Below, piece by piece: positions 56,016 through 64,000 of a DNA stretch of 64,000 bases (position 1 is the first letter of the stretch; the number at the start of each line of letters is the position of its first letter). Source of the DNA: Pirellulaceae bacterium (GTDB lineage Bacteria > Planctomycetota > Planctomycetia > Pirellulales > Pirellulaceae); contig DATKDU010000207.1 in assembly GCA_035512595.1 (NCBI GenBank), positions 4,889 to 68,888 on the forward strand. Reading direction: 5' to 3'. The notes beneath the pieces were generated by a model. The model was not told the origin of the DNA, made no database searches, and was given only the letters and a program-made list of their open reading frames with translations. A program made the position numbers and the translations under genes.

Positions 56016-57839
56016 ATGACGTCCTTGGCGGCACTCGCCCTGGCGATCGGACTTGTCATCGTCGTCCCTTGGTGCCAGGCCGAGGACGCTCCACTTCGTC
56101 ACCAAACGGATTTCGCGCAGCAGCTCGAATCCCTCGCCAAAAAGTGCGACGAGCTGAAGCTCGCCGACCAGGCGGCAATCACTCGCCGCTGGATCATCCC
56201 GCGGCATTCGGGGCGGCAGTATTTCTTTGTGCCGGAAACGACGGACTCGACCGCGCCGGCCAAGAACGCGCCGCAGGTTGTGCAGCAGTGGCACGCCAAG
56301 TTCCTGGAGCTGCGGCGCGAGCAGGCGGCGCGGCTGCTGGAGCAGGCTGAGAGCGAATTGGCCGCGGATCAGCCCGTGCGAGCGTACCGGCTGTTGTTTG
56401 AAGTCCTGCACGAAGACCCCGACCATGCCGAGGCGCGCCGCATCCTGGGTTACGAGAAGCTGCGGTCGGGCGAGTGGGCCAGCCCGTACGGCAAAGGGGC
56501 GAGCGTTGCAACGTTCGATCATCCGCGATTTGGATGGCGGCGGCGGACCTACTGGCGGCTGGAGACGGAGCATTACTCGATCCAGACCAATCACAGTGCG
56601 AAAGAGGCGCTCGAGCTGGCCCGGCACCTGGAAGATTTGCACGCCATCTGGCGGCAGGCGTTCTTCTCCTATTGGACGAATGCGGACGCACTGAAGCACC
56701 GCATGGACGGCGGCAGTGAGCCGCTCTCCAGAAAAGAAGCAAAGCTCAGGGTCGTGCTCTTCAAGAATCGGCAGGAGTACGCCGGCCAGCTTGCGGAAGC
56801 AGAGCCGAAAATCGGCCTGACGACCGGCATTTACCGGGCGTCGGACCAGACGGCCTATTTCTACGGCGGCGACACGTCGGTGATTCCCACCTGGTATCAC
56901 GAGGGAACGCACCAGCTCTTTCAGGAAATGGACCGCTTTCCCGCCGAGCCGGGGCAGGAGCGGAACTTCTGGATCATCGAGGGAGTCGCGCTATGGATGG
57001 AATCGCTGGCGCGGCACGAGGGCTACTGGACGATCGGCGGCTTCGATGCCGACCGGCTCCAGTTCGCCCGCTACCGGGTGCTGTCGGGGGATTTCGAAAT
57101 GCCGCTGGCGAAGCTCGTCACGCTCGGCCGCGACGAGGTGCAGCAAGCTGCCGACATTCGCAAGCTGTACGCCCATGCGGCGGGGGTGACGCACTTCCTG
57201 ATGGAAGCGGACGCTGGAAAGCGTGCGGAGGCGACGACCCGTTATCTCCGCACGGTCTACGAGCAGACCGATAAAACGGATACGCTCTTCTCGCTGGCTG
57301 GTGCGGACGGTCCCGCGCTCGATCTGGATTACAAAGAATTCCTGCACGTCGCCGACGTGGACCTGGCGACGATCATTGATCCGCTGCGCATCCGCAACTT
57401 GTCGCTGGGCCGCACGGCAGTCACCGACGCAGGGATGAAGCACCTGGCGGGCTGCACCAACCTGGCCTGGCTCGACCTGTCGCTGACCCGCGCCGGCGAC
57501 GAGGGGCTCGCCTCCATCAAGGACTGCCGGCAGCTCAAGCAGCTTTTTCTGGAGGGAACGAAGATCACGGACGCGTCGCTGCCGCTGATCGGCGGGCTGA
57601 AGGAACTCGAGGAGTTGGATTTGTCAGCGGTCCGCGTTTCCGACGAGGCGCTGGCGGCGCTGGCAAACCTCAAGAAGCTCAAAGTGCTGTACCTGACGAA
57701 CTCCCCAGTCAGCGACCAGTGCCTGACGCACCTCAAGGGGCTCAAGCTGCTGGAAACGTTGGAGACATCGGGCACCAAAATCACCCCAGCCGGACGGAAG
57801 AACCTCAAACTGTCGCTGCCAAAGCTGGCCTCACCTTAG
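56016..57839 (+). CDS. secreted HExxH metallopeptidase-like (DUF1570-like) protein with C-terminal leucine-rich repeats
   Basis: ATG 56016 signal peptide, WYHEGTHQLF, and C-terminal LRRs (LDLSLTRAGDEGL, LFLEGTKITDASL, LYLTNSPVSDQCL). Confidence 0.75.
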   Translation: MTSLAALALAIGLVIVVPWCQAEDAPLRHQTDFAQQLESLAKKCDELKLADQAAITRRWIIPRHSGRQYFFVPETTDSTAPAKNAPQVVQQWHAKFLELRREQAARLLEQAESELAADQPVRAYRLLFEVLHEDPDHAEARRILGYEKLRSGEWASPYGKGASVATFDHPRFGWRRRTYWRLETEHYSIQTNHSAKEALELARHLEDLHAIWRQAFFSYWTNADALKHRMDGGSEPLSRKEAKLRVVLFKNRQEYAGQLAEAEPKIGLTTGIYRASDQTAYFYGGDTSVIPTWYHEGTHQLFQEMDRFPAEPGQERNFWIIEGVALWMESLARHEGYWTIGGFDADRLQFARYRVLSGDFEMPLAKLVTLGRDEVQQAADIRKLYAHAAGVTHFLMEADAGKRAEATTRYLRTVYEQTDKTDTLFSLAGADGPALDLDYKEFLHVADVDLATIIDPLRIRNLSLGRTAVTDAGMKHLAGCTNLAWLDLSLTRAGDEGLASIKDCRQLKQLFLEGTKITDASLPLIGGLKELEELDLSAVRVSDEALAALANLKKLKVLYLTNSPVSDQCLTHLKGLKLLETLETSGTKITPAGRKNLKLSLPKLASP

Positions 57840-57876
57840 TCGGCACCACTCACCACTCACCACTCACCCTCGCCGC

Positions 57877-58656
57877 ATGCGTCCCTACATCCTCGCCGAA
57901 GCCAACTACGCCTACACCAAAGCCAACCCCTATGAAGTGGCCGTCCTGCCGCTGGGGGCCACGGAGCCGCACAATCTGCACCTGCCGTACGGCACCGACA
58001 TGTTCGAGGGGACGCTCGTCGGCGAGCGGATTTGCGAGGCGGCCCACAAGAAAGGGGGCAAGGTCGTTCTGCTGCCGACAGTCCCTTACGGCACCGAGAC
58101 CAACATGGCCCGCTTTCCGCTGGCGATCAACGTCGATCCGCTGACGCTGTATGCCTTCGTGACCGACATCGTCAAGTCGTGCGTCAACTCGGGCGTGAAA
58201 AAGATCGTGCTGCTCAACAGCCACGGCGGCAACGAGATGAAGCCGCTCCTGCGGCAATTGGCCGACAAGATCGACGGGCACCTGTTTCTCTGCAACTGGT
58301 ACACCGTGTGCGGCGACGAGTATCCCAACATCTGCGAACACGGCGACGATCACGCCGGCGAGATGGAGACGTCGTTCATTCTCTATTCGCACCCGCATCT
58401 GGTCGCCAAGAATGCCGACGGAACCCTCGCGGCCGACGACGGCGCGACCGCCAAGACTCGCTTCCACGCCATCAACAAGGGCTGGGTGTCGATCACCCGC
58501 CCCTGGCACCTCTTGACCACCAACAGCGGCAGCGGCTATCCGCACAAGGCGAGCCCCGAAAAGGCGGCGAAGTTGCTCGACCTGTTGGCGGAGCGGCTGG
58601 GGACGTTTCTGGCGGAGTTGTCGGCAGCGAAGGTGGATGAGCGGTTTCCGTTCTGA
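57877..58656 (+). CDS. creatininase-family amidohydrolase
   Basis: VAVLPLGATEPHNLHLPYGTD, NSHGGN and DHAGEMETS motifs. Confidence 0.88.
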   Translation: MRPYILAEANYAYTKANPYEVAVLPLGATEPHNLHLPYGTDMFEGTLVGERICEAAHKKGGKVVLLPTVPYGTETNMARFPLAINVDPLTLYAFVTDIVKSCVNSGVKKIVLLNSHGGNEMKPLLRQLADKIDGHLFLCNWYTVCGDEYPNICEHGDDHAGEMETSFILYSHPHLVAKNADGTLAADDGATAKTRFHAINKGWVSITRPWHLLTTNSGSGYPHKASPEKAAKLLDLLAERLGTFLAELSAAKVDERFPF

Positions 58657-58659
58657 AGT

Positions 58660-58683
58660 AGGACGGCCTGGAAAGGCCGTCCT
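58660..58683. terminator. hairpin shared by convergent genes
   Basis: aggacggcc-tggaaa-ggccgtcct. No T tract. Confidence 0.6.
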
Positions 58684-58689
58684 GCGAAC

Positions 58690-60015
58690 CTAGAACCGGC
58701 AGCTCGTCCCGATCGTCAGCCCCTGCACCCAGAAGCTCTCGTCACGGAAGACGAGCGACACGTCATCACCCTGGACAAAGTCGATCATCGCCTCCGGCCG
58801 GGCGACGCTCGACCAGTACATCAGCGAATAGCCGATGTTCATGCTCCAGCAGTCGTTGATGGCATACGACCAGGCCACATCGAGTTCCGGCACCGCTGCG
58901 AACTCGTCGCGGGTGACGGTGGTCGGCTCTGCAACGAGCAGGCCCCCCGGCTGGCCGTTTTCAAATCCAGTCGCCTCGGCCGTCTGCCGCATCGTTCCCA
59001 GCCCGACCTTCACCAGGCAAGTCGTCGTCCAGCAGCCGCGGCATGATTCGTAGAGCAAGCCGATCGAGCCGCCGTGAAATTCGTTGCGGGTCCGCCAGTT
59101 GTCGCTGACGATCAGCGTCCCTTCCTGCGTGTTGGAATCGATCGAAAGCTCCTCGTTGATTCGGGAAAACTGATAACCGCCTACAAAATCGATGCGGAAA
59201 TCGCACATCCGGCACCACCCCAGCCGGGCGTAGGCGTCGGCCCCAAACACTTCCGACGTGCTGACCACGGAGATGCTGCCGTCAAACGGCGTGAACGGAT
59301 CGGAAATAACGAGCGAGTCGGGATTGCCGCTCACATCGACAAACGGCCGCTCGATGGTCTGATTGGGGAGTGAATCGGAATCCGCGGCAAAACGGAGCCG
59401 CTCCTTGCCGATCCCCCAGAACCGGCCGCCCAGGCCGAAGCATTCGTCGGGGCCGAGCCATGTGCCGAAATCAATGCGTGCCCCTCCCTGGGGAGAGCCC
59501 CCTTCGATCTCACCGCCGTACAGGACGATCTCGCCGGACGGCGGAACCTGTTCCGTGCTGCTCGTTACCAGCACCGGCAGATCGCGCCCTTTGCGCCACC
59601 ACAAGAGGCCGTCGGACCGCAGCCACCACATCGGCGGCCGGCACGACATGCAGGCGAAGCAGCCGGGATCCTTGCCGATGTCGCGAAAGCGCAGTCCACC
59701 GCAATCGCCGGCACACTGGCCCCCGCATCCGCCATCGCAGACGCAATTGCCGCAGCCCTCGGCCGGTTCCGCAAAAGCCGCTGATCCTTCCGCATAGTAG
59801 GTCGCCGGCTCCACATCGCCGGGACTGGCGGCCTGGACTGCTTGAGCAGTTCGCACGGATTGCGGCTGCTGCCAGGCAGCCATTCGGGAGCGGAATTCCG
59901 GGTTTTGACCCTGACAGGTGGTTGCTAGCAGTCCTGCGAGGCTGATGGCCAGTGTAGGGGCAAGTAGCGAGTGCCGCGGCATGGTGAGCTTCCGTAAGAA
60001 CGGCGGCTGTCTCAT
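58690..60015 (-). CDS. BBP7-type outer-membrane beta-barrel candidate
   Basis: Signal peptide, Cys/Gly-rich EGCGNCVCDGGCGGQCAGDCGG segment, alternating beta-strand pattern, terminal ...TIGTSCRF. Confidence 0.75.
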   Translation of the reverse strand: MRQPPFLRKLTMPRHSLLAPTLAISLAGLLATTCQGQNPEFRSRMAAWQQPQSVRTAQAVQAASPGDVEPATYYAEGSAAFAEPAEGCGNCVCDGGCGGQCAGDCGGLRFRDIGKDPGCFACMSCRPPMWWLRSDGLLWWRKGRDLPVLVTSSTEQVPPSGEIVLYGGEIEGGSPQGGARIDFGTWLGPDECFGLGGRFWGIGKERLRFAADSDSLPNQTIERPFVDVSGNPDSLVISDPFTPFDGSISVVSTSEVFGADAYARLGWCRMCDFRIDFVGGYQFSRINEELSIDSNTQEGTLIVSDNWRTRNEFHGGSIGLLYESCRGCWTTTCLVKVGLGTMRQTAEATGFENGQPGGLLVAEPTTVTRDEFAAVPELDVAWSYAINDCWSMNIGYSLMYWSSVARPEAMIDFVQGDDVSLVFRDESFWVQGLTIGTSCRF

Positions 60016-60151
60016 AGCGCAGCGTCAGCCGTCCAAGGGGGATGCGAATCTAGCGGTTATGTCGGTTATGCCGAGAGTGCCGGTTGAGAAAACCTGGCAG
60101 TTGGCGAAGAGTTTTTGGCCGCTAGCAGTCTGAAGTCTGCGACTTGGGCGA

Positions 60152-61132
60152 CTATGCTAGCGGCAGCCGCACGACTTCGGCCGCGCCGCAGGCGGATTCC
60201 AGTCGCGTGCCGGCGGCTGCTTGCGGGCGGCGAACGAGCGCGAACCCCAACGGCTGAGAAAGCCGCGGCGACCAGGCGGCACTGGTGACCTGGCCGACGA
60301 CTTTGTCCCCGCTCTTTAGCTCCGTGCCAAATGGCGGCACCGCGGGCGAATCGAGGAAGCGCACGCCGGCCAGCAGACGATTGACATGCCCCATCGCGTC
60401 GATCCGGGCGACCGTTTCCTGCCCCAGATAGCACCCCTTGGTGAAGCTGATCGCCTGGGCGTCGCGGCCAATTTCCTGCGGCAGATTGTCGGCGGTGATG
60501 TCGCTACCAAACAGGGGCGTACCAGATTCAATTCGCACCGCCTCCATAGCCTCGCTGCCGCATAGCCTGGCCCCGGCATCATCCAGCGTCTGCCTCACCT
60601 CCTCGAACTCCCCTGCGGCAGTCACCAGAAAGAAACTCTCCGGCAGCAAAAAGTCGGCGGAGATTACCTGCACGCCAATGCCACGCAGTCTTCCCGGACG
60701 ATGATCCCACGGCTGTGAGGGCAATTCATCGCCAATTGGCCCAGCCAGCAGATAGCGGGAGTGTGGTCCGGCCAGCAGCCAATGGCCGGTTGCCCCCGAA
60801 ACGTCCTCAAAAGTCACATCGTCGGAGATGACAAATCGGTCAAAGTGCGAGATGAGTGAGGCCGCCTGACTTGGGGCCGTATCGAGCAAGAGCGCGTCTT
60901 CCGTGCAAAACACATAGACGTGCCCCACCGTCTTTCCCTGATGGTTGGTGACGAAGGCCTCGCATCCCATACCCGGCGATAGCCGCTGGATGTCGTTGGT
61001 GCAAAAACTGTGCAGGAAATGCACGCGGTCGTTGCCGCGGATCGCGATCCGCCCGCGGCCGGTCAGGTTGCTGACGCCGACGCCCGACGAAAGGGCCTGA
61101 TACTCGGCAATCCACGGAATCTCGGCGGCCAT
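60152..61132 (-). CDS. YgfZ/GcvT-family folate-binding protein
   Basis: FTKGCYLGQETVARIDAMGHVNR signature. Confidence 0.85.
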   Translation of the reverse strand: MAAEIPWIAEYQALSSGVGVSNLTGRGRIAIRGNDRVHFLHSFCTNDIQRLSPGMGCEAFVTNHQGKTVGHVYVFCTEDALLLDTAPSQAASLISHFDRFVISDDVTFEDVSGATGHWLLAGPHSRYLLAGPIGDELPSQPWDHRPGRLRGIGVQVISADFLLPESFFLVTAAGEFEEVRQTLDDAGARLCGSEAMEAVRIESGTPLFGSDITADNLPQEIGRDAQAISFTKGCYLGQETVARIDAMGHVNRLLAGVRFLDSPAVPPFGTELKSGDKVVGQVTSAAWSPRLSQPLGFALVRRPQAAAGTRLESACGAAEVVRLPLA

Positions 61133-61232
61133 CGCTCTCCTCGCTGGCAGAATGATACGGGGACTCGATTTTGCCGGTCAACGGCCCGCAGTTGACATTT
61201 GCCGCCGCGAGCATCTGCGGCACAATGGGGGG

Positions 61233-63662
61233 ATGAGCAGCGGCAAGCACATTAGCTACATGCAGCGAACCTGGTGGGCAATCTTCCTTGGCCTGTTTAT
61301 GGCGGCCGGCGGCTGCGGACCGAGCGCTTCGACCACCAAGGACGGTTCTCCGCAAACGCGCACGGCCGCATCTGCCGCGGACCTGGGGCCGCAGCAGATT
61401 TTCCGGCGGCTCTTGGACACCTATCGTCAGGCCGATTCGTATGCCGACGATTCGGTGGTGCGGCTGCACTTTTTGGAACAGGGGCGACCGATTGAGGAGG
61501 AATGGAAGTCGTCCGTCCGGTTCGCGCGACCCAATCGCTTGGCGCTCGACGCCTTCCAGGCCACGGTCCGCTGCGACGGAAAGGAATTGCGGGCCCGGAT
61601 CGAGGATGAGGCGACGGGCGACATCGATAACCAAGTTCTCGTCCGGCCCGCCCCGAAAGAGCTGACCCTCGGCGATCTGGCCTCCGATCCACTGCTGTAC
61701 GACATCCTCGCCAGCCAGATCCATCGCCAGCCGATTCAGCTCGAGCTGCTGCTCGAATCCGCCGGGCTGGCGGCCGCATTCGGGGAGGACATCGCTTGCA
61801 AACGGCTCGCCGATGGCGAGGAACGAGGAGAAACTTGCTTCCGCATTGAAGTCCCTTCTCCTGGGGGTGCGTTCGTCTTCTGGGTCGATCAGCAGAAGTT
61901 TTTGCTGCGCCGGCTCGACTATCCGGCCGCGGCACTCGTGCCGGAGCTCGCCCAAAACCCGGACGTGTCCGATCTGGCGCTGTGGGTCGAACTGCGGGAA
62001 GCGCGATTGAACCCTCCGCTGGCGCCGGATGAATTCCAACTCGCAATGCCGGCCGGCGCCAAGCGGATGCAGTCGTTCGTAGTGCCGCCGCGTCCGCTTC
62101 CTTCCAGCCTGTTTGGCAAGGAGCCAGCCGACTTCTATTTCACGACGCTCGACGACAACCAGCTCAGCCGCAGCGACTTGATGGGAAAGGTCTCGCTGCT
62201 CGTCTGGTATCGAGAGCACGAAGCGTGCCGGCCCGCGCTGGCCGAAGCGAGCAAACTGCGACAGGAATTTGCCGACAACCAGGACGTCGCCATCTACGCC
62301 GTCAGCACCGATCCGACCACCGCGAGCAACGACGACCTCTTGCGTGTTCTGCGTAACTGGGAAACAGACCTTCCCGTGGTGCGCGACCTGGAGGCGTTCG
62401 GCCGCAGCGTGTTTGCCATCGAGTCGCAGCCGACAATCGTCGTTCTCGATGGGCAGGGGCGCGTGCAAATCTACCAGGTCGGCGTCAATCCGGAGCTGGC
62501 GGCGCAGCTATCGACGATCGTCGGGCAGCTCCTGCGCGGCGAAGATGTAGCGGCGGGAATTCTCAGCCGGGTCGAGGCCGAGCGCCAAGAATACGAGCGG
62601 CTCGTCGCTGCCGGCGGACCAGCGCCGCAAGCGGCTATGGAGATCCCAGAGGCCGCGATCAAAGCCCGCAGCGAGCCGGCGAAGCTGAAACTGAAGCGGC
62701 TGTGGAATTGCCGGGAGCTCAAATCCCCCGGCAATATTTACGTCGTCGGCGAGGGGGACGACGCGCGAATTCTCGTCTGCGACGGCGTGCGAACGGTCGC
62801 CGAACTCAGCCGCGCAGGAAAGCTGCTGGCCAGGCACGAATTGGATCTGCCCACCGGCGCTGCCGTCACTTACTTGCGGACGGGGATGGATGCCGAGGGA
62901 AAGCGATGGTACGCGGCCAGCGCGCCGCTCGCCGGGCAGCTCTTCGTGTTCGATGAAACGTGGCAGACGGTGGCCGCCTACCCAGCGGCGGCATCACCCG
63001 CGCCAATCTACGACCTGCTCTTGGCCGACTTGGGAACCGACGACGGACTGAGCTTGTACGTCGGGTTCGTCGGAGAGGCAGGGCTGCACGCCGCGACGCT
63101 CCGGGGGAAATCTCGCTGGAACAACAAAACGTTCCCTAACGTGGTGTCCATCGCCGTCGCACCACCGGCGGACGACCTGGAAAGACCCAGGCTGCTTCTC
63201 ACCGGCGAGGACGGAACCATCCTCCCCGTCAATCGCTTCGGCAATGCCGAACCGCGCAAAACCGTCGGTCAGCGCCCCATCGCCCGCCTGGCGACCGCAG
63301 CCTTTCGCCGTTCGGCGGAGACGATCTTCCTGGGGATGTCCGGCGACTTGCAGGGAAGTCTGTTTGCCGTCGGCATTGACGCCCAGGTCAAGGAGCAATG
63401 GAGCTATCCGCTGCCGCCGGCCATCCATCAAGTGCCGATCGAGGCGGTCGCTTCCGGCAACCTGTTGTCGGGCAGCAGCGGCGTCTGGGTCATTGCCGCG
63501 GCCGACGGCTCGATCCACATCGTCAGCGACGACGGACGATTCACCGACACCTGGAACTATGGAGCGGCACTGTCGGGCATTGCCGCGGCGCGGCTCGACG
63601 ACCAGCCGGTGATTCTCGTCGCTACACCACAGGACGGCGTGACGGCGTGGTCAGTGGAGTAG
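61233..63662 (+). CDS. large lipoprotein with thioredoxin-like and beta-propeller-like regions
   Basis: LFMAAGGCG lipobox. The central segment resembles the redoxin fold without a CxxC. The C-terminal third has repetitive beta pattern. Start at 61233 or 61260. Confidence 0.7.
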   Translation: MSSGKHISYMQRTWWAIFLGLFMAAGGCGPSASTTKDGSPQTRTAASAADLGPQQIFRRLLDTYRQADSYADDSVVRLHFLEQGRPIEEEWKSSVRFARPNRLALDAFQATVRCDGKELRARIEDEATGDIDNQVLVRPAPKELTLGDLASDPLLYDILASQIHRQPIQLELLLESAGLAAAFGEDIACKRLADGEERGETCFRIEVPSPGGAFVFWVDQQKFLLRRLDYPAAALVPELAQNPDVSDLALWVELREARLNPPLAPDEFQLAMPAGAKRMQSFVVPPRPLPSSLFGKEPADFYFTTLDDNQLSRSDLMGKVSLLVWYREHEACRPALAEASKLRQEFADNQDVAIYAVSTDPTTASNDDLLRVLRNWETDLPVVRDLEAFGRSVFAIESQPTIVVLDGQGRVQIYQVGVNPELAAQLSTIVGQLLRGEDVAAGILSRVEAERQEYERLVAAGGPAPQAAMEIPEAAIKARSEPAKLKLKRLWNCRELKSPGNIYVVGEGDDARILVCDGVRTVAELSRAGKLLARHELDLPTGAAVTYLRTGMDAEGKRWYAASAPLAGQLFVFDETWQTVAAYPAAASPAPIYDLLLADLGTDDGLSLYVGFVGEAGLHAATLRGKSRWNNKTFPNVVSIAVAPPADDLERPRLLLTGEDGTILPVNRFGNAEPRKTVGQRPIARLATAAFRRSAETIFLGMSGDLQGSLFAVGIDAQVKEQWSYPLPPAIHQVPIEAVASGNLLSGSSGVWVIAAADGSIHIVSDDGRFTDTWNYGAALSGIAAARLDDQPVILVATPQDGVTAWSVE

Positions 63663-63830
63663 GGAGGGTTCAGGGTTCAGGGTTCAGGGTTCAGGGTTCG
63701 GAGGTCAGAGGTCAGAGGTCAGAGGTCAGAGGTCAGAGGTCGGAGAGGCAATTGCGAATTGATCATTGCAAATTGCAATGAGCAATTTGCAATCGGTTCG
63801 AGCAACTTTTCCCCTGAACCCTGAACCCTC
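63663..63830. repeat. compound microsatellite hairpin (GGTTCAG x4-5, AGGTCAG x5-6, nested ATTGCAA palindrome)
   Basis: gagggttcagggttcaggg... pairs with ...cccctgaaccctgaaccctc. Inner attgcaaattgc / gcaatttgcaat stem. Lies between convergent genes. Confidence 0.85.
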
Positions 63831-64000
63831 ACACCGCCGCCAGATGGTGCAGAGGGGCTGGAGCAGGCGACGTCTGCAAGCCGTCGTGGACAAAGATCGT
63901 GCCGCCGCCTGCGTCGCACGCCGCGTCGAGCGCCAGCAGCGACCGCTCGAGCAACCGCTGGGCATCGTTCCCTTCAATCACTTCGGCCGCTCCCACGCTG
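63829..64000 (-). CDS. 3' end of an unidentified gene entering from beyond the window
   Basis: My translation reads ...SVGAAEVIEGNDAQRLLERSLLALDAACDAGGGTIFVHDGLQTSPAPAPLHHLAAV-stop (TGA at 63831-63829). Confidence 0.45.
   Translation of the reverse strand, partial: SVGAAEVIEGNDAQRLLERSLLALDAACDAGGGTIFVHDGLQTSPAPAPLHHLAAV

Overview
High-GC bacterial chromosome segment, roughly 60-65% GC by eye. The gene content looks planctomycete (Pirellulales-like), which is inference only: DUF1080, DUF4058, a BBP7-type barrel, DUF362, many signal-peptide proteins, and intergenic hairpins built from microsatellites. Most of the window is ordinary chromosomal content: SNF2 helicase, hisD-[HNH cassette]-hisC-hisB, WD40, DinB, an HDAC-like deacetylase, SGNH hydrolase, DUF1080, uvrA, bioD, a Trx-protease, galM, PAS-GGDEF-EAL, sugar isomerase, creatininase and YgfZ. 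The outstanding feature is a ~20.3-kb integrated island (34234..54577) in tRNA-Gly(CCC), bounded by a 46-bp direct repeat of the tRNA 3' half. The island carries a tyrosine integrase, XRE- and AlpA-like regulators, a PrimPol, DUF932 and a Zn-ribbon/TM/S1-protease/TPR protein. It also carries a type I R-M operon interleaved with a P-loop NTPase, a PD-(D/E)XK-like protein and a disrupted conserved ORF. That operon is my best candidate for an undescribed (defence) system. The integrase ORF crosses the att core and would be extended in frame by 72 codons only in the excised circle. Other oddities:
- a perfect 23-bp-arm palindrome inserted in frame in the deacetylase gene
- a partial duplication flanking the SGNH gene
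- an HNH cassette splitting the his operon
- an NTase-fold two-gene module
- a 15%-Cys tandem-repeat secreted protein
- a 1.1-kb gene-less region with a strong orphan promoter and AT-rich 89-bp repeats
No rRNA gene or CRISPR array was seen. All product calls come from motif recognition by eye. No database search or numeric computation was run, so family names are provisional.
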